A program made the translations under genes and the position numbers. A stretch of DNA of 62,911 nucleotides, filler included, from Licmophora abbreviata (taxonomy: Eukaryota): assembly GCA_900291995.1 (NCBI GenBank). It is 6 parts of 6 records of this genome, joined end to end, with 100 filler letters (N's around TTAATTAATTAA, not from the genome) between each part and the next. Parts side by side here need not be neighbours in the genome. Positions count along the whole stretch, not along the records: positions 49,575 to 59,331 come from OLMU01004134.1; positions 59,432 to 62,911 come from OLMU01004138.1; 4 more parts are not named here. The stretch is one strand, 5' to 3'. The notes below the pieces were generated by a model, which was not told where the DNA came from, did no database searches, and worked only from the letters and a program-made list of their open reading frames with translations. Shown here one piece after another: positions 53,662 to 62,911 of the stretch. Each line of letters starts with the position of its first letter. Position 1 is the stretch's first letter.

Positions 53662-53889
53662 GATGCTGATGATGAGCTACAGAAAGAAGGAGAGTTCGAC
53701 TACCATCAGGTAAACACTGTTTATCCCCCGCCCGTACTCAACACATTCTTTGTCGATGGTGAATTCGAACGTGCGCAATCTTCGAGCTCCGCCAAACGTG
53801 TGAGCATACCGCGATACGCCGGCGCGCACCTCGCGTCCGCCGCGCCTCTCATCATCTGACACCTCTCACAAAATTCACCCCAACACGAG

Positions 53890-55121
53890 ATGAGAACCCC
53901 TCCTATCCACATCGTGTTCACTTTCTACTGCCTTGCGACCCTCCTTCTATCGACAACAGCTCTTGCATTCAGTCGCTCCGCACCCTACAACAGAATGAGA
54001 ACCTACGAAGAGGCAGTCGAGAAATTTGGCGTCATTCTGATGATTCCAAAAATAGAGAAGAGACCACGACAGCATGTCGCGAGCTGATTCGATACGCTTC
54101 TCTCGCACCCAACAGTCACAACACACAGCCCTGGAAGTTTGTCGTATCTAAAAATGAAAGTTCCATCGCAATCCTTCCAGATCTCACCAGGTCCTGTTCC
54201 ATCGTCGATCCAGACAACCATCATCTCTACGTGAGTTTGGGCTGTGCAGTGGAAAATTTGGTGATTGCCGCCAAGGCGCGGGGACTGCTAGCCAGCGTCG
54301 ACATGTCCTCGTTATCGGACAAGCAAGATCCACAGGGTAGGATACAAGTCACACTGAAACCCTGTTCACCGAACGAATCTGATTTGTTTGGCGCCATTCC
54401 GAAACGTCAGTGCACCCGCAACGAGTACGACGGCAAGCCCCTCACGAAGGAAGAACTCCTGTTGTTGCAAGAGGTCACCAAGGGCATTCCAGGAGTCCAT
54501 GCGATCTTTGTAGAGAGTGACGAGGAGAAACATATTCTTTCGGAGTTCGTCTTGAAGGCCAACGCCGCCCAGTTTGGCAATCGGCTATTCACAACTGAAT
54601 TGCAAGAGTGGTTGCGCTTTAGCGACAAGGAGGCCGTGGCCAAGGGTGACGGCCTCATTGGCAAGTGCTTTGGAAACAACGCCCCCTCTGTACCTCGGTG
54701 GGCCGGTAAGATCATTTTTCAATTCATGGTCGGTCCGGAAAGTGAAGTACTCCAACGCCAGTTGGACTCGTCTGCCGGTATAGTTGTCTTTGCCTCGGAG
54801 CACGACGATCCAACCCATTGGGTCAACATCGGTCGTTGTTACGAACGGTTTGCACTGCAAGCAACCGCACTTGACATTAAGAATGCCATGATCAACCAGC
54901 CGATAGAAGAGGCAACTGTGCGACCTGACTTTCAACAGGCCGTATTCCACCTGATCGATGAGCAACGACAACAAGAACAAGATGATGATGATTCGTCGGG
55001 TGCGCCTTCTCTTTGTCGTCGTGCAGATCTGGTGGTGCGATTTGGCAAGAGCTGTACCGAGATGCCTCGATCGCTGCGGCGCAATGTCGATGACATTATG
55101 GTTGTGACGAAAGAGAAGTAG
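53890..55121 (+). CDS. Acg-family FMN-binding nitroreductase-like protein with signal peptide; apparent 1-nt frameshift at ~54024
   Basis: Frame 1 encodes the signal peptide to ..TYEEAVEK. The shifted frame continues WRHS..ELIRYASLAPNSHNTQPWKF..VDPDNHHLYVSLGCAVENL..RQCTR..GRCYERFALQAT..SLRR. The shifted frame has no upstream ATG. Confidence 0.85.
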
Positions 55122-55474
55122 TGGTGGTAGTAGTTGTATGAAAAGCAGGACAGTATGGAGTAATCGAGACCTCGGCAGGCGGTGCGATTGCAGCGATCAA
55201 AAGTGGCGCGCCACGACCCAATCATGTTGACTGTGACGCACTACTCGTGATCGGAGTGACGAACGATTGAGGACCTTCGAAGAATGCGCCGGCAGACGTT
55301 GTGAGATATGTAATACAGCAAACTCAAATTCCTTTTTCTACGCATAGTTTGTGTATACGCAGTACTTACTCAGGAGTTCACTCTGATTTTCTTCTATTCG
55401 ACTCCATTTTTGGCGCCATCCAAAAGAACAAAACTGTCTGTCACAAAAAACAACAGAGTTCATTGCAATTGACC

Positions 55475-56119
55475 ATGTCCCACAGCCTCTTCTTCCCTCA
55501 CGACGCCTTGTTTCTGCCTTCGACGTGGAGAGCTGTCGCCAGCCAAGCCCATCATGCCGCCGAAAGCAGCAGCAGCAGTACAACTCATCATCAAATGAGC
55601 ACGTCCTCGTCGTCCTCGTCTCGCGCTACCCGCGGATCGCACGTGTCCGAAGACGACGATTGCATTCTTCTCACCGTCGATGTGCCGGGAGTCAAAGCCA
55701 AACATCTTAACGTCAAGATTGAAAATGGCGTTCTCAGTATCAGTGGCTGCCGCACCATGAAACTTGGCTCGGCGGCGTCTGTCGATCAGCAGCAACAAGG
55801 GGGAACGAAAAAGTACAAGTTTTGCAAGACGTTCGCAATTGACTCGCATACTGTGGACATTTCGCAGGCCAAGGCGAATCTAGCAGATGGAGTCTTGGTC
55901 TTCACTGCACCCAAAAAGGCCAAGCCAGACTGTATCGTCATTCCTGTAACGGAAGATCCCAACGAAGAGAGCGACGGCGAAGAAACCTCGGACCAGGCTA
56001 TTGCCGAAACGAAAGCCGCATCGATACCTAGCGGCAGTGGCGATGAGGAGGAAGTCAATGTCGTCAAGACGGTAGAAGAGGAGACATCAGCCGCGGGAGT
56101 GACCGGGGAAGAAAAGTAA
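55475..56119 (+). CDS. Small heat-shock protein (Hsp20/alpha-crystallin domain)
   Basis: VDVPGVK, ENGVLSISG, ANLADGVLVFTAPKK, IPV C-terminal motif; acidic tail. Confidence 0.93.
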   Translation: MSHSLFFPHDALFLPSTWRAVASQAHHAAESSSSSTTHHQMSTSSSSSSRATRGSHVSEDDDCILLTVDVPGVKAKHLNVKIENGVLSISGCRTMKLGSAASVDQQQQGGTKKYKFCKTFAIDSHTVDISQAKANLADGVLVFTAPKKAKPDCIVIPVTEDPNEESDGEETSDQAIAETKAASIPSGSGDEEEVNVVKTVEEETSAAGVTGEEK

Positions 56120-56267
56120 TCATCGGTGCGTCCCATCACTTGCAAGCACCAGTAGAAAGAGAGAGAGAGAATCGATGTAGTGTATCGTACTACCACGTTA
56201 CAGTATACTAGAATCGCCGCGTACCCGTATCCTCGTCACAAAGTACTATATACAAGGAGCACTTCTT

Positions 56268-58131
56268 CTACTGGAATGAATTGTCCCAGTCCAATGCATC
56301 ATCTTCTTCGCCCTCCTCCACATCATCATCGTTGTCGTCCATCCAGTCTTCATCGTCGTCATACTCGGTTTCGTCCGATTCAGTCATGAGAAATCGGGCT
56401 ACTGGTTGCGGCTCAAGACCCCAACCGTAAATCACTGATCCCTTCACCTGTAATCGTCTCGGTGTCTCTTCGTCGACATCACTAGTTGTCTCAGGTGTCG
56501 TCGTCGTCGACTCGTCTGCCTCAACCTGAACGGTGTCGGCCTCCAACCAGCCAATTTCGCCCCAGTACGTCTTGGCGTCGTTGTGACTTAACGCCCGTCC
56601 CTCGCTGTGAAAAACAAAAAGTAGAAAGCGCCAGAATCATGTCATGAGACACATCTGCCACGGGTCGTCATGTGGTCCATTACTACAAGCACACACTCAC
56701 CTGTAGACGGACCCCGATACGGATCTTCCAAAACCAAATCGCCAAACTTGCATCCAAAGCTGATCGCGTTCCTTGCCAACAATGTCCCATTTGCCACGCA
56801 GAATGGAGTCGCCGAGTCCCTTGACGGTGGCAAAGGTGTTGTTGGAAAACAACATGAGTTCCATGACGCGTATGGGGATCGGTGCATTCTTTTCTCGTTC
56901 TTGTTCTTGTTTCGACTTTTTGGGGGAGTCTTCTGAAGTGGCAGAGAGTTATGGTACGCGGGAAGGAGACGATGGGAAAGGGTGAGGATCAACAAAGAAT
57001 GCATTATCACTACCAACACAGCACATCTTTCTCTTACGCACCCACGTATTGGTTGTACTTGATACTCCATCGCGTCTTGCCCCTCGGTTTGTGTTCAATG
57101 GGGTGACTTGTGAGTAGAAATCTCTTGTCGTAAAAGTCTTGACGCCGAAACTTTTCAACAAGCTTGTCGTCGGTTCCATCGTCAAACTGTGTATTGAGAC
57201 TCCCTAATACTTGTCGCAATTCAAACGATCCCATGCGCGTGGACTGAAACATGGGTTGATCAAAAAAGGAAGGGTGCTTCTTAGGATAGGCAAACTTGCC
57301 AACTTCCACCTTGCCTTTGGGTACTGACAAGTGAGTGTCAGTCGGTGCAGTACCAGAAGGTACCGCAGTCGATTCACTCTTGCTACTCGTAGTCGAAGCA
57401 GTACTATCGTCCCTGAGCGTCATGTTCATGCTGTTTCTGTTGTCAGTGTGGTCAGCTTTGTCTTCGAATTTCAATACAGGATGATCGACCAAGCTTTCAT
57501 TGCGTGTCGCCACGACGGTACCGACCAACATGGTATCGCGAATCGTTCGTCCATCCACATCCGGGGGACGATCCGCAGCCAAGATGAGCTTGCCGTCGCG
57601 AAAATCCCAGGTGCCCTGTATCCGACTCAAAGCCGACAGTGTCGTCGTCGTCGTGGCGCTGCTACTGCTCGTTGTCGAAGCCGGTGTAGTGCTGAGCGAT
57701 GCGTCATCCTTGTCCGAGGTGCTGCCGCTGCTACCAGACGCACCCCAACCAGTACTGCGTCCCCAAGAAGAAGGCGAGGATGGTTTCTTCGTTGTCGCTG
57801 CCTGTGAATCTGTCAATGATTCTGTCCCATACTGTTGAAACGAACCATCTTCCTTGAGCATGAGCAGGAATTCCTTGTCCATTGTTGCACTACTGGTCGA
57901 GGACGACCGCGTCTTTTTGGGATAGACGGTAAACTCCTTCATGGGCCTCCTTGTCCTCAGTACGGGCAATTGAGACTTGGAAGACGTCAATCGCCACAAT
58001 CCCGCCATTACTCGTCGACTCAAAGGGGGTGTATGCGACGGTGAATACGCATGCACGTTGTCGTGACATGACAACAAGACTGTCGCCGAAGAAATCAGAA
58101 GTGAGAAGGGACTCGTAGTAACCTTCCTCAT
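56268..58131 (-). CDS. Hypothetical protein with signal peptide (likely organelle-targeted)
   Basis: Three exons (introns 56933-57041 and 56605-56700) give a continuous frame: ..LRGKWD..LWMQVWRFGFGRSVSGSVYSEG..YWG..YGWGLEP; acidic tail. Confidence 0.75.
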
Positions 58132-58830
58132 GATGATAAAAAGTCTGGCGAAGAAGTTCTAAATGAGGAAAAATAAACAATGGTGGACAACAAAGACGTG
58201 AGTAAATCGTTCAGAAGTCCCCAACAGAGCGACAAATTTGCAAATTTGACTCTCTCGGATCGTCATTGGAGATCCGAAATAAGAATGCCGATTGTGAGTC
58301 ACAACACATTCTTAAAGCGAATTTCGTGTTTTCGACAGTTGCGGCTTCGCTTCCTGTGTTCTCGTGTCTGCTATGCATCAGGTAAGATGCCTGCCCTCTT
58401 CGTACGAACCCACCTTGTCACACTCGTCACCCAACAGAAGAACAGAACACTCACGGTCTGTGATGTGACAATGTGTCAGCCGGCTTGTTCCAAACAGAAC
58501 TTTGTTCGGAAGCCGAACCGGAGGAGGGCTGAAGGGGTATAGGAATCCGGAATTTTGCAACGGGAGATCTTGAAAGGAAGATGGCCAATACGGGACTGAT
58601 CGAAGCGGGACTCAACTACATTCTGTTCCGGGTTTTCCGTCCGTCCGTCATCTGCTCATCAGTCTCAAGCTTTTTGTAATGTCGACTTCACAATGGTGAA
58701 TTAATTTGACCGCCGTCTCCCGTCTATTTCCACCGTCAGATTCTCATTGCCTGCGACATCCAAAAAGACCTTATTCTTGAATTATTGTCAAAGTTAATCG
58801 ATTCAGTGCTGGCTCTCGCGTGTTTGAAGT

Positions 58831-59331
58831 ATGCAATTTCGATACAGCATCTTCCGTTTCACGGTGGCTTGTTGTCTCGCTCTCATCCGCGCCGATACTA
58901 CTATTACTGCCGTTCACACGCCGCAGGATCCCGTACGCACCACTGCTACTCTTGCTGAGGAGGAGGACGACCGGACTCTTCTCGATATCTTTGGAGAAGT
59001 CGCCAAAGAATACTTGACTCAAAAAGTGGTGCGTGCGCGTGGCGATTGATGTTGACAAACATACTACTTCTTGTTGCGAAATCACAGGAAGCACTCCCTT
59101 ATCCTGAACCTCTCTTTCTTGTTTCTGATTCATTTCTCTTTTATATACAAAATACAGATCCCTGACACGGACGAAGCCTGTCGCTGGGACTGGCGTTTTG
59201 CTCGATGCGAACCATTCTGTGACTGCATGCTACAATTTCAGTGGGGCGACTACCACCTCGGACGCTCCTGTCGACTGCGACGACAGGCGACTTCTGTGTT
59301 TCATAATAGCAAGGAGGAGGAGGGCTCGTTC
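58831..59331 (+). CDS. Secreted Cys/Trp-rich hypothetical protein (3' end truncated by spacer)
   Basis: Signal-like N-terminus; intron 59029-59157 (GTGCGT..ACAG); exon 2 IPDTDEACRWDWRFARCEPFCDC..GDYHLGRSCRL. Confidence 0.7.
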
Positions 59332-59431
59332 NNNNNNNNNNNNNNNNNNNNNNNNNNNNNNNNNNNNNNNNNNNNTTAATTAATTAANNNNNNNNNNNNN
59401 NNNNNNNNNNNNNNNNNNNNNNNNNNNNNNN
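59332..59431. other. Artificial contig spacer
   Basis: N44-TTAATTAATTAA-N44. Confidence 0.99.
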
Positions 59432-62400
59432 ATTTCTCCCCCTTGCGTTTCAGGTACTCAAAGACTTGCTCCCCAGTCAACTCATTGGCCGACTCGTCGC
59501 CAATTCCTTCCGACAACACGGGACGAGGGCGATCTCTCTCGGACAGCTCTAAGACTCGAAGTGAGCGAGCAAAGTCCATCTGACTTCCATCGTCGACAAC
59601 CAAAGTGTACTCCTTGTCTTCTTGGCGCTTGACGGGACTCTTGAAAGGTCGAGTCTTTCGTCCCAGCAAGAAGAAAGTCTCCAGTTCCCCAATGCCTTTG
59701 ACGTGCACAATGCCACGCTTCTCCGAGAAAAAATCGTCTTTCAGCAGCTCGGCAACGTGCGGTGTGATTTGGATCTTGCCTGGTACCCCGGTGCTCTCCA
59801 TGCGCGAAGCTGGAGAACAGGCGACAGAAAAAACGCGAACAAAATCGGTGAGATATTAATCTAGTTAAAAGCGTCTTTTCCCTTTCCGACCTTGCTCTTC
59901 TCACCTAGATTGACTGCGTCGCCCCACAAGTCGTACAAGAAACGCTTGGTACCAACGACACCAGCAACCACCTCGCCCGAGTTGATTCCGACGCGAAGAC
60001 TCAACTTCCTGTCGGGGTGTCTCATGTTGTACTTTTCTAGAGCCTCTAACATGTCGAGTGCAAAGTGGCAGATGGTCGCACAGTTGGCGGCGGAAACGTC
60101 CAGTAAATGTTGCTTTTGGGGTACGATAGTCGCCATGTAGCAGTCTCCAATCGTCTTGATTTTGGTGAGCGGATGATACTGCTCAACCAGATCATCAAAC
60201 ATGCTAAAGAGCTCATTCAACATGGACACGACCTCCTCGGGCTTCATGTTGTTCGACATAGAAGTAAACCCAACAATATCGGCAAATAGAATAGCTGCAT
60301 CAGAGTGGCTCTCAGCAATATGTGATGGGTTGGCTCTCAGTCTATCAGCAATGTGCTCAGGTAGAACATTGAACAATAGAACCTCGGCGGCAGCCTTTTC
60401 GATTTCTACCTGCATGCGTCGTTTCTTATCGGTCAGGTCCTCCGCATAGATTGCAAAACAGTCCTCTTGAGCCGGGCCCTTGACCGCGGCGGTACGCAAT
60501 GACACAGGAAACACAGTACCGTCCTTCATGATACCTTGGGCTTCTTTTTCCTTCGTCAAGGGCACACCTGCTGTTAGAAATGCGTCAATCTCAGCGGCAA
60601 CTTCCGAGGAGGTCACGGTAGTCATCACTTTCTGAAGGGGCATTCCGTCGAGAGACACCGCCGTCCAGCCAAACTTAGCGACGGCTGCTTCGTTGACACG
60701 TACAATTCGATTGCGAGCATTGATCACAAAGAGTGAATCAGGCGATGCCTCAATGATTTTGTTGGTGAATGCCTCCCGACGCTCAATCTCATGCTCGTAT
60801 TCCTTCTGATTCGTAAGATCTCTCATGAAGCCGCAAAACAGCCTCTCATCCTCGCCGTGAGCCCGCACGTCGAGCTCGCACAGAGCCAGTTCCATCGGAA
60901 ACTCACTTCCATCCTGCCGCCTTGCAAGAAGTTCGCGCTTCTTTCCTATGGCACGAGTTTCCCCAGTCTTGAGGAAGTGTTGTAAGTACTTGTCGTGATG
61001 TTTTGCATGTTCTCCCCCACAGATGAGGCTTATGTTCTCCCCAAGCAGCTCTGACTTGGACCAGCCCAGTTGCTGCTCAGCAGCATTGTTGGCCAGTTGG
61101 ATTATTCCGTGCTCGTTGATCATGAGCAAAGGATCGAGGGCTATGTCGAGAATGCCCCTGAGAATCGTATCCTTCTTGTTGCGAGCCGACAAGTCGTGTA
61201 CATAACCGCAAAACTTTCGTTCCTCGTCCGCTCCGGTCTTCAACTCGACCACAGCTAGTTCAATCTGGAACTCATTTCCATCTTTATGTCTTGCCGGTAG
61301 CTCACGATTCTTACCAATCACACGCGCTTCGCCAGTGCTCAAGTATCGCTTCATGTACATGTCATGATTCTTCGCATGAAAACCACCACAAATGATGTTA
61401 ATATTGCTTCCGATCAATTCGTCTCGTGTCCAACCGAATTTCTTTACCGCTGCCTCATTTACCATGGTGATGCGGCCACTCTCTGTAATTTGAAACATGG
61501 GGTCAAGCGATGCCTCTACAAGCTCTCCCGTCAGCCGTTCCTTTCTCTTGAGCGTCGATAAGTCTCGTACAAACCCACAAAACAAGCGTTCATCTCCCAA
61601 AAATGTATCCACTTCGACGACTGCCAGTTCGATAGGAAATTCCGATCCGTCTTGACGTAACGCCGTCAATTCTCGTTTTCTCCCAAGAACACGCGTCTCT
61701 CCTGTCGCCAAGTACCGTGCCATATACGCACTATGCTTGCTGCCATGCGGCCCACCGCAAATCATGCTAATGTTGCTCCCCAAAAAATCGCTCTGACTCC
61801 AGCCGAACAAGCGAGTGGCAGCCGCATTGACCATTTGAATGACACCGTGTTCGTTGATTTGAAAAAGAGGATCCAGCGATGCGTCAAACACGGCAGCAAG
61901 TATACTTTCGCGCTGCTGAACATCCGATGACATCGTGAGCGTCTCGGTAGGATGTACGGCAAACGGGTCTGCCCCAGCAGTACAATGTCCGCTCGTGTCG
62001 TCGGTCGGACGAATATAAATCCGAAGGACTTGAGGCGAGGGCTTGTTGATGACGGAGGAAGCGTCTTGGGTTTGCTGTCTGTGATGGTGCTGCCAGAATG
62101 GCCATCGACGCTGTATAGAGGTCGCTGGTAACTGCGATTCCTCTTTACTGCTACGGGCACCAAGACGGCTCAAGTGTTGCCCCACCGCCTCTCGATGGCA
62201 CCACGAAATTCGTTCTGTGGCACTCGTACTGACACTGAGGATGATCCCCTCCTCATCTACCGACACGGAAGGCTCATTGGAAGTGAAAGCTTCCATGTCA
62301 TTGGAAAACAGCGGTTTTGGTGTACAGTATCTGTCGTCGTCCTACTTTTGGTAGGAAGTGCAGCATGTCCTGAAGTCCCACGCATGGCTTCCACTAGCGA

Positions 62401-62911
62401 CTTGCCCACCCACTCTTCACTGCACCAGTCCACAGATTCGACAGCGGCTTGATTAAACATGAGTATAGTCCCCGTCTGATCAATGGCCATCATCGGATCC
62501 GACGACGCGGCCTCGCTAGAGGCATCGAGGATAGTACTAGCAGTACTAACACGACGTGCGGTTCGACGAGAAATACGGCTGGTTGTGGAACGTGCCGAGG
62601 ATGAACCATGCGTGGCATCGTGATGATCGCTGTGTCGGACATAACAAAGGTAGAGATCGTTGTCATTGTCAACACGTTTCACCTTGAGTACTCCGGGAAA
62701 GGAAGTCGGTTTGTGGTTACTGCCACGAGAGGTTCCGGAAATGATCCACTCGTCTGGAATCATGTCATTGCTTTCTGTTTGGCCAATCCACCCAATAACT
62801 TCCGACCATGTCATGGTATCTTTGGAATTCTGTTGTTCCACCTCAAGCCTGTTCGAGGAGAAGGTCCAAAACGACACCCAAGCGTCTACGGTCTTGTTCT
62901 TACTATTCTTG
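59432..62911 (-). CDS. Multi-PAS class III nucleotidyl cyclase (adenylate-type residues); partial at both ends; frame change near 62296-62341
   Basis: ILFADIVGFT, KIKTIGDCYM, RVGINSG, YDLWGDAVNL|ASRMES (intron 59810-59904). Four clear PAS domains plus degenerate ones; the upstream PAS-containing frame is open to the window end. Confidence 0.93.

Noticed and set aside
52903..53859. 318-aa + strand ORF, and the many similar antisense or overlapping ORFs in the track
   Set aside because: Shadow of the well-supported opposite-strand gene; Arg/Ser-rich with no motifs.
54016..54030. Programmed -1 ribosomal frameshift at G AAA TTT
   Set aside because: Not an X XXY YYZ heptamer in the zero frame, and I saw no convincing downstream stimulatory structure. 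The other two frame breaks also lack canonical slippery sites.
55265..55290. Heat-shock element upstream of Hsp20
   Set aside because: cttcgaagaa does not give three correctly spaced alternating nGAAn units.
58372..58545. ATG-CAT-CAG|GTAAGA donor-like site with downstream CAG acceptors suggesting a mini-gene
   Set aside because: The spliced frames I tried stop within a few dozen codons and show no homology.
1..62911. A multi-gene system linking the cyclase, myosin, Cache receptor and surface proteins (sensing to gliding)
   Set aside because: These genes lie on different contigs or are merely neighbours in a gene-dense eukaryotic genome; no shared regulatory element was seen.
1..62911. tRNA/rRNA genes, CRISPR arrays, transposases or LTR/RT domains
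   Set aside because: None recognised by eye; small ncRNAs cannot be excluded without covariance-model searches (tRNAscan-SE, Infernal).

Overview
Gene-dense eukaryotic nuclear DNA, most likely from a pennate diatom. This is an inference from short GT-AG introns (64-200 nt), a DUF6824 protein, signal peptides followed by Phe of the plastid-targeting type, and diatom-style orphan families. The window is not contiguous. Five identical 100-nt artificial spacers (N44-TTAATTAATTAA-N44) join six contigs (1-25669, 25770-30019, 30120-43916, 44017-49474, 49575-59331, 59432-62911), so gene neighbourhood across spacers means nothing. About 28 genes or gene fragments can be reconstructed: two sulfotransferases, a tandem Cache-HAMP membrane receptor with a TPR/vWA-like tail, a DUF6824 protein, a myosin, a TSET-coat (TTRAY2/TWD40-2)-like protein with a LamG-like domain, a mucin-stalk membrane protein with six 'DW' repeats, importin-alpha, an SDR, a DENND4-like Rab GEF, an MBL hydrolase, a class-3 lipase, Cys-rich surface proteins, an ABCF ATPase, a PDZ-AIM24 fusion, an S9 peptidase, an Acg nitroreductase, Hsp20 and a multi-PAS cyclase. 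Most notable are: (i) an adenylate-type cyclase preceded by three tandem FixL-like heme-PAS domains; (ii) the double Cache-HAMP receptor with no kinase or cyclase output; (iii) three otherwise intact genes each broken by a -1 frame change; (iv) an RPB8 relic missing from the ORF track. No rRNA, tRNA, CRISPR array or autonomous transposon was recognised. All family assignments come from motif recognition by eye, not database searches.
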